NCBI GenBank assembly: GCA_964497425.1
Contig: CAZCCR010000004.1
Coordinates: 6,345-70,344, forward strand
DNA length: 64,000 bases
Source of the DNA: an uncultured Gaiellales bacterium
GTDB taxonomy: Bacteria > Actinomycetota > Thermoleophilia > BMS3ABIN01
Reading direction: 5' to 3'
The translations under genes were made by a program, and so were the position numbers. Position 1 is the first letter of the stretch; each line of letters begins with the position of its first letter. Shown here piece by piece: positions 40,026-50,837 of this stretch. The notes under the pieces are model-generated. The model saw nothing but the letters and a program-made list of their open reading frames with translations, made no database searches and was not told the DNA's origin.

Positions 40026-41291
40026 CTAAGACAGCAGACCCGTGATCACCTCAGCCACCTGACGTATGCTGGTGACTTCAGCGGCTGCGTCATCTTCTCT
40101 GGCGGCGAGCCAGAAGGCGTCGTTGAATGTGTGCATACCGGACAGGTGGGTCCTGCCCATTACGTCGGGCCGGCCGATAGCGCCCTTGAGGTCATAACCA
40201 TCGTATGGCATCGCGACCAGGTCGGGAGCCTGCTCCAGGCACGGACCGTGATAGAGTTCGTCACGTTTATATACATGCTGGATGATCTCCCTGCCGGTCT
40301 CCGGGTCCCTCAGGGAAGCTACCGCTTCTGCCAGTTCCTCAACCGCAGCGTCATAGTCGCCGGCGCTGACGATCCCCCCCGGTTCCCTTCCCGCCAGATT
40401 GACATAAAGCCGGCCGGGGTCCATGCAATAGGCGCGAGTCGCTGAAGGTTCGATATCAGCGATGGTGACCGGGCGGTCGCCCCGCAACTCCAGAAACCCC
40501 GCCTGCTGGAGGAAGCGGTTCAGGTATACCTCCTTGTCGATGGAGCAGAAACCGTGATCCGAGAGCATGAATACCGCGGTATCTTCAGGGATCCCGGCCA
40601 GGAACTCACCGATGATCTCGTCGACACGCCGGTAATAGCGGATGAACTCCGACGCATAGGTACTGTCTTTCTCCTGATAATGACGCCAGAGGAAATGATG
40701 CAGGCGGTCCGTACCCGTGAAGACGTTCATGAAGAAGTCCCAGGAACGGGATTCCCAGAAATGAAGCATGGCCTCCCGCCTCTTCTCCAGGGTCTCGTGG
40801 AGGTCTTCCAGCAGCAGGTCGAGGGATTCACGGCCCTTCGATGCGTCCACATCGATCCTGTAACCGCTCTGTCGCAGGTACTCGTATGCTTCGACGGGAT
40901 ACGTCGCCCGCTCCAGGTTCGGCGCAACGAAACCGGAGACTAGGATGCCGTTCAGGGGACGGGCGGGATAGGTGGATGGGACGTTCAGTATGCAGCAGCT
41001 CCTGCCTTCCCCGCTCAACAGATCCCAGAAAGGCTCCGCCTTGAGGTGACTGTAGTTGGGGAAATACAGCTCGTAGGAGCCGGGCTTCCGGCCGGTGAAC
41101 CCGTATATTCCGTGCTCTCCGGGGTTCTTCCCGGTCATGAACGAGGCCCAGGCCACCGAAGAGATGGTGGGAATCTCCGATTCCATCCTGGAGAAGACCC
41201 CTCCGGAAGCCAGGGCGGCTATGTTGGGCAGGTTCCCGGACTCGATCTCATCATTGAGAAAGCTGAACGGAGTGCCGTCCAGACCGACCAC
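40026..41291 (-). CDS. type I phosphodiesterase/NPP-like enzyme (paralog 2)
   Basis: MVGLDGTPF, IPTISSVAWASFMTGKNPGEHGIYGF. GTG start. The N-terminus is shorter than in the paralogs. Confidence 0.75.
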   Translation of the reverse strand: MVGLDGTPFSFLNDEIESGNLPNIAALASGGVFSRMESEIPTISSVAWASFMTGKNPGEHGIYGFTGRKPGSYELYFPNYSHLKAEPFWDLLSGEGRSCCILNVPSTYPARPLNGILVSGFVAPNLERATYPVEAYEYLRQSGYRIDVDASKGRESLDLLLEDLHETLEKRREAMLHFWESRSWDFFMNVFTGTDRLHHFLWRHYQEKDSTYASEFIRYYRRVDEIIGEFLAGIPEDTAVFMLSDHGFCSIDKEVYLNRFLQQAGFLELRGDRPVTIADIEPSATRAYCMDPGRLYVNLAGREPGGIVSAGDYDAAVEELAEAVASLRDPETGREIIQHVYKRDELYHGPCLEQAPDLVAMPYDGYDLKGAIGRPDVMGRTHLSGMHTFNDAFWLAAREDDAAAEVTSIRQVAEVITGLLS

Positions 41292-41463
41292 GACTACGCG
41301 ATTTCCGTTGCGATTGTTTTTGATCGCTACCTACCGCCTGTTTCACTCGGTGCGAAAGAACACACCTGAGCCCACTGATACAAGAAACCTTTTATCTGGA
41401 ACACTACATCAACATGGGTACATCGATATGATTTTACCAGCAATGGAGTTTGATTGGATAACC

Positions 41464-43176
41464 CTAAAGATAGCCAAGGTCCTGCAAGCGCTTGCGCACC
41501 TCTTCTTCATCCTCTTCGGTCAATACCTCCTCAGCCTGCTCCGGCTCAGACTCTCCAACGGCCCTTTCATACGAATCTCCGGCTATAGGCCTGGGGGCCC
41601 CTCCGGTCATGGCGCTAGCCAGTATCTCCCCATCCCAACCTTCGGGTACGGCCAGCCCGAGAAGGTTCAGGGCGGTGGGCGCCACATCGATGATCCGCAC
41701 CTCCCCCAGGTCGGAACCCTGTATATCCGGACCTCCCATGACGAGGATCCCTTCGAGCCTGTGGTTGCCGGTATGTGCAAGCTCCCTGCGTTCCGGGTAG
41801 ACGGACCGCACCAGCCCCGTCCCCGAGAGCTCTGAATAGGTGCTGTAGACCCCCCTGTATGCGTGATTACGCATGGATATGACCATGTCGGGCATCTCCG
41901 GCTCCAGTGGCCCCTGGAATAGGTCCTCCTTCATGTTGAACTCGGTGATGAGCGGCTCTTCGTCTGCAGGGTTCCTGAACCGGGACAGCGCTTCTTTCGC
42001 CCGGGACAGCACTTGTCGCCGTTCCTCTTCGCCGTCGACTATACCCATGGGCTCACGGCCCTTCAGATTGACGTACATGCACCCGAACTGAGCCAGGGAA
42101 TAGATCTGTGTATCACTCCAGTCGATATCGGCGACAAGGGCGTCTACATAGAGTACTACCGCCCTTCCGGTCTCGTAGTCCTTGCGCAGATAGCGCTTCA
42201 TACGCCAGCGGGCCGCGGGCGGGATCAACGGTGTGACCCTGTTGTAGACGAATTCCTTTACCCGGCGCCTGGCTCCTTTCTGCCTGAACCTCAGAAGCCC
42301 CGCCTCGGCGAGGATGCGGTTGAGACAGACCTCGCCTTCAAGCCGCCCGAAACCATGATCCGACATGAAGATAAGGTTGCGGTCCCTGGCCCAGCCGGAC
42401 CAGCGCTCGCCCAGCTCCCTGTCGAGACGTTCATAGCAGGCAAAGATGGCCTCCGCTCTCCTCCTCTCCTTCGCCGATGCTTTCCCGCCGTCGCTGATGA
42501 CGTTCTCAGCCGATCGCCAGAAAACGTGCTGGAGGATGTCGATGGAACGGATCACCGCGATAAAGAGGTCCCAGTCCTCATGATCCATCAGGAAGCGGAT
42601 GGTCTTCAGTTCCGTCTCCATATAAGCACGAAGCCTGGCTATGTACTCATCAACCGGATCGTTGCTGTTCTTTATCAGATACTTGATATCGACCCGGGGC
42701 TCGATGGAGAAGCCGGGGACAGCCCTTTGCAGCTCCCGCTGGAACTCGAGGGGATATACGGCCTTTTCATCAAGACGGGGAGAGTCCATGCCCGATATCA
42801 TGATGCCGTTGACCGGCGCGGCGGGATAAGTCATGGGTACGTTGTAGACACATACGCGCTTGCCCTGGTTGCCTGCTATCTTCCATAGCGGTTCGCCCTT
42901 TACCCGGGTGGCGTTCACCGGCGCGAGCTTGTAGGTGCCGGGGATGCGGGTGAAAAAATCCACGACCCCGTGCTTGCCCGGGTTCGTGCCGGTGTAGAAG
43001 GACGCCCATGCCGCCGGGGTCAAGGGCGGTATGGTCGAGCGCAAGGTAGCCCTGCCACCTCGCTCGAGCAGTGCTCCCATGTTGGGCATCCTCCCCTGTC
43101 CCACAAGATGATCGATTATCCGGAAGGTCCCGCCATCGATACCGATTATCGCTACTTTCGACAAATCCCTCTTCAC
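41464..43176 (-). CDS. type I phosphodiesterase/NPP-like enzyme (paralog 3)
   Basis: VAIIGIDGGTF, IPPLTPAAWASFYTGTNPGKHGVVDFF. Acidic C-terminal tail ending RLQDLGYL. Confidence 0.78.
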   Translation of the reverse strand: MKRDLSKVAIIGIDGGTFRIIDHLVGQGRMPNMGALLERGGRATLRSTIPPLTPAAWASFYTGTNPGKHGVVDFFTRIPGTYKLAPVNATRVKGEPLWKIAGNQGKRVCVYNVPMTYPAAPVNGIMISGMDSPRLDEKAVYPLEFQRELQRAVPGFSIEPRVDIKYLIKNSNDPVDEYIARLRAYMETELKTIRFLMDHEDWDLFIAVIRSIDILQHVFWRSAENVISDGGKASAKERRRAEAIFACYERLDRELGERWSGWARDRNLIFMSDHGFGRLEGEVCLNRILAEAGLLRFRQKGARRRVKEFVYNRVTPLIPPAARWRMKRYLRKDYETGRAVVLYVDALVADIDWSDTQIYSLAQFGCMYVNLKGREPMGIVDGEEERRQVLSRAKEALSRFRNPADEEPLITEFNMKEDLFQGPLEPEMPDMVISMRNHAYRGVYSTYSELSGTGLVRSVYPERRELAHTGNHRLEGILVMGGPDIQGSDLGEVRIIDVAPTALNLLGLAVPEGWDGEILASAMTGGAPRPIAGDSYERAVGESEPEQAEEVLTEEDEEEVRKRLQDLGYL

Positions 43177-43195
43177 GTTCCTTTCATTTGCACCA

Positions 43196-44752
43196 TCATG
43201 CCCTGCCGGGAAGCAGACGGGACTTGAACATGCGGATCACCGCCCTGTCCTCCTCGTTCATGCCCAGGAGGAACACGGCTGGTGTATAGACCGTCACGAA
43301 CAACAGAGCCGACAGCACAACCATGGCCCAGCTGTCTCCGCCGAATATCCAGATGACCATGACGGCGGCCGCGGCGCCGGTGGCGCCGGCGAACAGGGGC
43401 ACCAGATAGTTCCTGTCGTAGGCGTTCATATGCATGATAACCCAAACTTCGATGGCCCGCATGAGGTTGATCACCGCGACCGCGGACATATTGGCGATGG
43501 CGGCGCCGGTGATACCGTAGTCCGGTATCAGCAGGAAACACAGGGATACGTTGACCACTAGCGAGGTCAGCACGTTATAGAGCTCCATATGCGACCTGCC
43601 GGACATGATCACCATCATCCCCACCAGGCCGGTGCCTGCGTTCATCATCTGCCCCAGCGCCAGGAGAAGCAGCGCGTTCCTGCCTTCGGAGAAACCGGAG
43701 CCGAATATACCCATGATCGTCCCGGAGAAGATTATCAGCAGCAGCAGCAGCGGGTAGCTGCAGATAAAGATCCAGCGCGTCACCGTCTTGAACAGGACCC
43801 GCAGTTCGCCTATCTTCCTCTTGTCGTACAAATCCGAGATGACCGGAGCGAAGACGGTACGAAAGGCCGTCAGGATGGCTACGCTGCCGGTCACCCCCAC
43901 CCGGAGAGCCGCGCCATAATACCCTGCGTCCGTCGACGTCCCCAGGTAGCCGACCAGCAGCATATCCGAATACAGCAGGATGATACCGAAGACGTTTGAG
44001 AATGCCAGCGGTAAGGAATAGCGGAAAAGGCCACTCCGGACCTTCGCCAGGCCTTCATCATCTCCACCAGCGACACGTGGCATGATCATCGCCGCGAACA
44101 GCATGGAAAGCGCCGCCGCCGACATCAGCGCCGCCACGTTAGCCCAGACCACACCCACCAGCCCGGCGCCGAAGGCAAGGACTATCAGGGACAGTATCAC
44201 CTTCGATGACTGTTCACCGAAGTCACGGCTGTATACCTGGTAGCGCATGCGATGCATCGCCTGTGTCACGGAGTTGGAGAGTTTGGCTATGGCCCAGAAG
44301 GGTACGGCGATGGCGAATATCCGCATCGCCCTCACCGCGTTCTCGCTGCCGTCGAACAGCGGATCTGCCAGTACGGGGGCGATGAAGAAGAGCGCTACGG
44401 CTATGGCAGCGCCGAGTGACACACCGACCATCAGCGCCGCATTGACGACATGCCTGGTTTTGCGAAAATCGCCTCTGCCGGTGAAGATGGAAACATAGTG
44501 CACCACACCCAGGTCAAGACCTGCGACCGATACCAGCCCGAGGATATTGATGATGGTGAACATGAGGAAGTACTGGCCCAGTTCGGACGCCGGCAGCAGC
44601 CATGCCAGCAGGAGAGTGTACCCGTATAACAAGACCATGCGGACGATGGCGCCCGAGAAGTTTATGGTGGCGCCTTTGGCTACATGGGGCAGATAGGAAC
44701 GCCGGCCTGTGGCACCATCCGGCGAGATCGACCCCGTTTTATTACCAGTCAA
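43196..44752 (-). CDS. wzx: oligosaccharide flippase (MOP superfamily, Wzx-like)
   Basis: 14-TM polysaccharide biosynthesis protein family. Confidence 0.8.
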   Translation of the reverse strand: MTGNKTGSISPDGATGRRSYLPHVAKGATINFSGAIVRMVLLYGYTLLLAWLLPASELGQYFLMFTIINILGLVSVAGLDLGVVHYVSIFTGRGDFRKTRHVVNAALMVGVSLGAAIAVALFFIAPVLADPLFDGSENAVRAMRIFAIAVPFWAIAKLSNSVTQAMHRMRYQVYSRDFGEQSSKVILSLIVLAFGAGLVGVVWANVAALMSAAALSMLFAAMIMPRVAGGDDEGLAKVRSGLFRYSLPLAFSNVFGIILLYSDMLLVGYLGTSTDAGYYGAALRVGVTGSVAILTAFRTVFAPVISDLYDKRKIGELRVLFKTVTRWIFICSYPLLLLLIIFSGTIMGIFGSGFSEGRNALLLLALGQMMNAGTGLVGMMVIMSGRSHMELYNVLTSLVVNVSLCFLLIPDYGITGAAIANMSAVAVINLMRAIEVWVIMHMNAYDRNYLVPLFAGATGAAAAVMVIWIFGGDSWAMVVLSALLFVTVYTPAVFLLGMNEEDRAVIRMFKSRLLPGRA

Positions 44753-44788
44753 TTACCACTCCGCTATGTCCTCTTGACCACAACACCT

Positions 44789-44812
44789 AAAAAGAAGCCC
44801 TGACCAGGGCTT
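44789..44812 (-). terminator. rho-independent terminator downstream of the initiating sugar transferase
   Basis: AAGCCCT-loop-AGGGCTT stem followed by CTTTTT on the minus strand. Confidence 0.55.
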
Positions 44813-44893
44813 TCCCAATCGCGCCTGTACCTGATTGTTTTCCCTCCCGGCCGAATAATCCTCTTGCCGCCAAGGCCGACAGCAGGCCCTTTC

Positions 44894-46450
44894 TCAGTAC
44901 GCCCCCCGCTTGCGCAGGATAGCGATAAACGTCCTGATTATTATCTTCAGGTCCCACCTCAGTGTCCAGTTGGTGACGTATATATAGTCCAGCTGCACCA
45001 TCTCCTCGAAGGGGATGTCGCTGCGGCCCAGTATCTGCCAGAGGCCGGTGATACCCGGCTGCACCATGTGGCGCATGTCGGCGGTACCGGTGCAGGACTC
45101 CGCCTCCGCCACCGGCAGCGGCCGCGGCCCCACCAGGCTCATCTCGCCGCGGAAGACGTTGATCAGCTGGGGCAGTTCATCGATGCTGGTGCGGCGGATG
45201 AAACGGCCGACACGTGTGACCCGTGGGTCCTCCTTCATCTTGAAGATGGGACCGCTGGCGTCGCTCATCTCCTCCAGCTCACCCTTCCGTTCCTCCGCGT
45301 CCGCATGCATGGAACGGAACTTGTACATCATGAAACGTCTGTGGCCCTTGCCCATGCGCTCCTGTCTGAAGAATATGGGGCCGGGAGAGTCCAGCCTGAT
45401 GAGGATCCCCACCAGGATGAGCAGCGGTGACAGCAGTAGCGTCGCCAGCGAGGCGCCCAGCAGGTCCAGGGTCCGCTTCGTCGCCCTCATCATGCGGCCA
45501 TGCCGGGCGTAACGGGGCAGGCTGGCCATGGTCAGACCTTCCACCTCCTCGATCTCGACCCTCTCGGACAGGGCCTCGAAGAAACGTGGCACCACGCTCA
45601 CATCGACCTTCATCTCCTGGCATTCGTGGATCACCTCGAGGATACGGTCATAGGGAGCCCGGGAAAAGGCGACCAGCACCCGGCTGATGCCGTACCTGTC
45701 CACGATTTCCCGCAACTCCGACGGCCTGCCCAGAATCTGCACGTCACCTGCTTCCTCACCTTCCTCCTCAGTGATGGAGTCCAGGAAGCCCACCACCCTC
45801 AGACCGTATTCCTTGTGGCGGTTGAGCCGCCCGATCAGGCTGCGGCCCACTTCACCGGCGCCGACGACCAGGGCGCTGGTGCGGAAAGGGTTATGGAAGG
45901 CCGTGGTCATGCGAAAGGAGGCACGGGCCAGCGGTAACAGGAACAGCAGCATGAACCAGGTGCAGGCCACGAAGAGCCATACAGCCTTGAAGGAGATGTA
46001 ATCAGGCGCCGCGATGAGCAGGATGGAGACACTGAGCCACGCCGCCACCGCCAGAGCTCCGACGGACTGGGGCCACTCATCGAAGGTGGAGACGCACATC
46101 CGCGTTATCTCGCGCTTGTAGACACCGAAAGTGAGGAACACCAGAAGCCAGACCGGGATGGTCGCGAAACTGAGCAACAGGAGCGAACTGTCGATCCTGC
46201 CCACATTGGCTCCCAGCCAACCGCCGAAGAGGCCGTGATTCAGCCAGGCGTCGGCGATGAAGTAGGCGGCCACCATCGCCAGCGATATGGTGACGGTATC
46301 GATAAAGGGGATGGCTGAGGCATGGACCGCCCTCAGCAGCTGCAACTCACGCCGCGGCACCTCCCGCTCGGTCTCGTATGGCAGGAAGCTCCATTGCCGG
46401 GATGCGCCGTCTTTTTGCGCAGCCGGATCCGATTCAGGTCTTCGTTCCAA
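44894..46450 (-). CDS. undecaprenyl-phosphate sugar phosphotransferase (bacterial sugar transferase, WbaP/EpsB-like initiating enzyme)
   Basis: N-terminal TM segments, CoA-binding-like central domain. C-terminal MGKGHRRFMMYKFRSM...DELPQLINV...MSLVGPRP motifs. Confidence 0.88.
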   Translation of the reverse strand: MERRPESDPAAQKDGASRQWSFLPYETEREVPRRELQLLRAVHASAIPFIDTVTISLAMVAAYFIADAWLNHGLFGGWLGANVGRIDSSLLLLSFATIPVWLLVFLTFGVYKREITRMCVSTFDEWPQSVGALAVAAWLSVSILLIAAPDYISFKAVWLFVACTWFMLLFLLPLARASFRMTTAFHNPFRTSALVVGAGEVGRSLIGRLNRHKEYGLRVVGFLDSITEEEGEEAGDVQILGRPSELREIVDRYGISRVLVAFSRAPYDRILEVIHECQEMKVDVSVVPRFFEALSERVEIEEVEGLTMASLPRYARHGRMMRATKRTLDLLGASLATLLLSPLLILVGILIRLDSPGPIFFRQERMGKGHRRFMMYKFRSMHADAEERKGELEEMSDASGPIFKMKEDPRVTRVGRFIRRTSIDELPQLINVFRGEMSLVGPRPLPVAEAESCTGTADMRHMVQPGITGLWQILGRSDIPFEEMVQLDYIYVTNWTLRWDLKIIIRTFIAILRKRGAY

Positions 46451-46564
46451 ATGTATCCTTTGTCCCTGGTGGCACTGTTTGCAACAATCGGGGCGGCTGG
46501 GGAGTGAACTGAATCCGGGAGTCGAATCGCACCATGCTCATGCGCCAGGTCTCATGCCGTAGAT

Positions 46565-46625
46565 ATTATATACTCCTGGGGAAGCTAAAAGTCAACATTA
46601 TTGACCTTATTGGTCAAGTTTATTC
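46565..46625 (-). promoter_or_regulatory. near-consensus promoter (TTGACT-17 nt-TATATAAT on the minus strand) with two overlapping palindromes (GTCAA-CATTA-TTGAC and TTGACC-TTATT-GGTCAA) spanning and upstream of the -35
   Basis: Read directly. The -10 is the reverse complement of 46565-46572 and the -35 is the reverse complement of 46590-46595. It is oriented toward the sugar transferase gene. Confidence 0.55.
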
Positions 46626-46639
46626 TCCCCCGCCTCCTG

Positions 46640-49600
46640 TCAGACCTTCTCGACCCTGACGGCGCATACCTTTAATTCCGGGATCTTGCAGACCGGGTCA
46701 CGGGCGGTGTTGGTAAGAAGGTTGGCGGCGGCTTCAGCGTAATGGAAAGGCAGGAATACACTCCCGGCGGCAGTTCTCGTCTCCACCGAGGCGCGCGCCT
46801 CGAGCGTGCCCCGGCGGCTGATGACCCGGATGAGGTCGCCGGAATCTATGCCCAGCCTGTCCGCGTCGGCGGGATTCATGTCCACGCGGGCATCCGGTTT
46901 CAGCTGGTCCAGACCGCGTGAACGCCGGGTCATGCTTCCCGTATGGAAATGCATCAGGTCGCGTCCGGTGTTCAGGACCAGCGGGTATTCCTCGTCCGGC
47001 AGCTCTGCGGCCTCGATGAAGTCCACCGCCGCCAGCTTGCCGCGGCCGCAGATGAACTCCTCCGCGTGAAGGATGGCCGTCCCCGGGTGGGACTCGGCGG
47101 GACAGGGCCACTGCACCCCGCCGCGCTCCAGCCTCGCGTAGCGGATGCCCCCGTACTGGGGCACAAGGCCGCGGGCCTCGTTGAGAACGTCCTTGGGAGA
47201 GGCGTAGTCCCATGCCGCCCCCATGGTATTGGCTACGTCGCGCACGATACGCCAGTCGGGGCGCGCGTCTCCCAACGGCTCGATGGCCTTCCGCACCCGC
47301 TGCACCCGCCGCTCCGTATTGGTGAAGGTGCCGTTCTTCTCGGCGAATGTGGTCCCCGGCAGCACCACGTCCGCCAGCGCCGCCGTCTCGGTGAGGAAGA
47401 TATCCTGCACCACCAGGAATTCCAGGTTCCTGAGGCCGCTTTCCACATGAGAGGCATCCGGGTCCGACATCATGGGGTTCTCCCCCATGACGTACATGGC
47501 CCTGAGTTCTCCGGCGCCGGCGGCGTCGATCATCTCCGTGACGCTCAGGCCCGGGTCGTCGTTCAGCTCACAGCCCCAGGCCTCGCCGAAGCGGGCTCGG
47601 GCTGCCTGGTCCGTGACCTTCCGGTAGCCGGGCAGCAGGTTGTGCAGCCCTCCCATGTCGCAGCAGCCCTGGACGTTGTTGGCGCCGCGAAGGGGATTGA
47701 CACCGGTCCCCGGCAGGCCGATGTTGCCGGTGATCATGGCCAGGTTGGCGATGCTGCGGACGTTGTCGGTGCCGGTAGCATGCTGGGTCACGCCAAGGCA
47801 GTAGGCGATGGAGCTGCGCCCCTCGCCGGCGTAGAGACGGGCGGCGGCGGCGATATCGCCGGCGTCAACCCCGCACACGGCCGCCGCCTGCTCCAGGGTC
47901 AACTCCTCCAGACTGTCCAGCAGCTCCTGATAACCCTCTGTGCGCAGCTCGATAAATGAATCGTTCTGAAGCCCTTCGTCCACGATGACCCGCATCATGC
48001 CCTTCAGGAGCGCTACGTCGGTGCCGGGGTTGATCTGCAGATGGATGTGGGCGCGCCGCGCCAGCCTGGTCGCCCGCGGGTCCACGACTATCAGTTTCAT
48101 GCCCCGCCTCAGCGCCCGGTTCAGCTGCATGGCGATGACGGGATGGGCGGTGGTGGTGTTGGAGCCTATGAGCAGCATCACGTCCGCCAGCCCCATATCG
48201 CTGATGGAGTTGGTCATCGCCCCGCTGCCGAACGCTGTCGCCAGACCGGCGACGGAAGGAGCGTGTCATAAACGGGCACAGTGGTCCACGTTGTTGCTGC
48301 CGATCACGCTGCGTATGAACTTCTGCAGCAGATAGTTGTCCTCGTTGGTGCAGCGGCCTGACGCCAGTGCTCCCACCGCCCTGCCGCCGTGCTCGTCGCG
48401 GATGCGCTCCAGATTGGCCCTCACCTCCTCGAGCGCCTCTTCCCATGAAGCCGGCGTCAACTCGCCTTGACGCCTTATCAGCGGCGTGGTCAGCCGGTCA
48501 GGATGCTGGATGAAATCGAAACCATATCGGCCCTTGACGCAGAGGCTGGAGCCGTTGACCGAATAGGGGTCGTCGGCGGTCACCTCGATGATCCTGCCGT
48601 GATCCACGTGCAGGTTGATGGAGCATCCCACGCCACAGTAGCAGCAGGTGGTGTTGACCTCCTCAACCTCCTCCGGCTTGCCCCTGAGAGGTAGCGGTCT
48701 CAACTCCCGGCTCATGCGGTTGTCCAGGGCGCCGGTGGGACAGGCGGACACGCACTGGCCGCAGAAGACGCAGTCGGTCTCCTTCAGCTCCCCCTCGAAA
48801 GCGCAGGCGATATGGGTTTCCATGCCCGTGCCCGCCAGCTCCACCGCCTGTGCCGCCACAACCTGGTCGCAGATCCTGGCGCAGGCGCCGCAGGCGATGC
48901 ACTTCTGGTAATCGCGGCTGATGACCGGGTTTCCGTCATCCAGCGCCGGCACCCGGCGCATGGCCCCGCGGAAACGATTGGAGGTGATGCCGTACTCCAC
49001 GCCCAGTCGCCTGAGTTCGCAGAACTCCTCAGCCTGGCATACGCACTGCATGCATCGCGCCGCTTCCATGCGCGCCTGCTTCTCGTCATAGCCAAGCTCA
49101 ACTTCGGAGAAGTCGGAGCAGCAGTTCTCCGGACAGATGGTGGGCATGGGCTGGCGGGGAGTATCCACGGCCGGTTCCTGCCTTATATCCAGGTAGACCG
49201 GCTCCGCTTCGGTGAACTGGCGGGAGGCTTCCACCACGCTCTCGCCCCGCAGATAGGCATCGATGTTGGCCGCCGCCTTCCGGCCCGCCGCCACCGCCTG
49301 GATGACCGTGGCCGGGCCGCTCACCACGTCGCCGCCAGCGAAGACCTCGGGCCGGGCCGTCTGCATCGTCACCCGGTTCACTACGATGGTGCCCCATTCG
49401 GAAGTCCTCACACCTTCCTTCTCCGGCAGGAAGAGCACCTGCTTGCCATCGGTCTCGTGATAGAGTTTGGGCTTCTGGCCGATGGCGACGATGATGGTAT
49501 CGGCTATCATGTCGAATTCAGAGCCGGGGATAGCCATCGGGCGCATACGGCCACCCCTCCGTGTCTCCACCAGCTGCGTCTGCATGCAGCGCAGGCCGGT

Positions 49601-50800
49601 GGCGCGGCCGTCTTGGGTCTCGATCAATTCGGGGATGGCCATCAGCTGGAAGGTCACCCCTTCCGTCTCAGCCTCTTCCACCTCCGATTCATGGGCCGGC
49701 ATCTCCGCCCTCCCGCGGCGGTATACAATGGTGGACTGCTCCGCCCCCAGCCTGATGGCGGTCCTGGCCGCGTCGATGGCGGTGAAGCCCCCTCCCACCA
49801 CCACTACCCGCTTGCCGATCTGGACGCTCTCGCCCGCGCGCACGCGCCTGAGGAAGTCCACCGAAGAGATGACGCCTTCGGCCTCCTCGCCGGGGATCAT
49901 CATCTGATGGTCGCCATGGGCGCCCAGGGCCAGATAGATGGAATCGAAACCATCCGCCAGCAGGCTGTCGATGTCGAAGTCCCGTCCCATGGCGGTACCG
50001 GTCTCGAGCTCCACTCCCAGGGACCAGAGCTGTTCCAGCTCCTGTTCCAGCACCTCCGTGGGCAGCCGGTACTCGGGGATGGCGTAGCGCATCATACCCC
50101 CCGGTTCCGGAAGCGCCTCGAAGATGGTGACCTGGTGGCCCTTGAGGGCCAGGTAATAGGCGCAGGTGAGACCGGAGGGGCCGGCTCCCACCACGGCCAC
50201 CCGTTTGCCTGTAGGCTCCTCACGGGGGAAGGGCAGATCGTCGAACCCCTGTCCGGCAGTCTCGTCACCGGCAAAACGCTTTATGGTGCAGATGGAGACC
50301 GGCTCGTCGTTCTCGCCCCGGCGGCAGACCGACTCGCAGGGCCGGGGGCAGACGCGTCCCAGCGAGCGGGGAAAGGGCAAGCGCTGCTTGATTATCCGAA
50401 CCGCCTCCCGCGGGTCGCCCCAGGCCACCGCCTTCACGTAGCCGGGGATATCCAGCTGGTCGGGACAGCCGTTCTGGCAGGGAGGCAGACAGTAGGCGTT
50501 ATGGTCGGAAAGGATCAGCTCCAGTATCAGGCGACGGTGTTCACGCAGCTTCTCGCTGTCCGTTGTCACCCTCATGCCCTCCTCCACCGATGTGGTGCAG
50601 GCGGTCCTGATATCCTTCTCCGTGTTGACGTGGACGACGCACATGCGGCAGGCGGCGACCGGTTCCATGCGGCCATCGCTGCAGAGATTGGGGATGCGGA
50701 TATCGGCGCCGGCGGCCGCTTCGAAGATGGTCCGGCCCGCGAGCGCCTCCACCTCCCTGCCGTCGATCGTCAGCCTGACGACGTCGCCTCCTTCAGTCAT
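46640..50800 (-). CDS. fdhA: selenocysteine formate dehydrogenase alpha subunit fused to 2Fe-2S, 4Fe-4S and GltD-like NAD(P)H/FAD domains. The in-frame TGA (Sec) is at 48266-48268
   Basis: ORF-track entries 48266..50800 and 46640..48217 are in the same frame. The upstream ORF ends ...NVDHCARL-TGA and translation continues HAPSVAGLATAFGSGAMTNSISD. This is the canonical FDH-H Sec context (CSRVUHGPSV). A hairpin GTCGCC-GGTCT-GGCGAC lies 13 nt downstream of the TGA (SECIS-like). The N-terminus has NuoG-like 2Fe-2S and an inserted GltD-like domain (VAVVGAGPSGL). Confidence 0.85.
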
Positions 50801-50837
50801 AATGTCCTGCCCTTGCCTGTCACGACCGGAACCGGCC

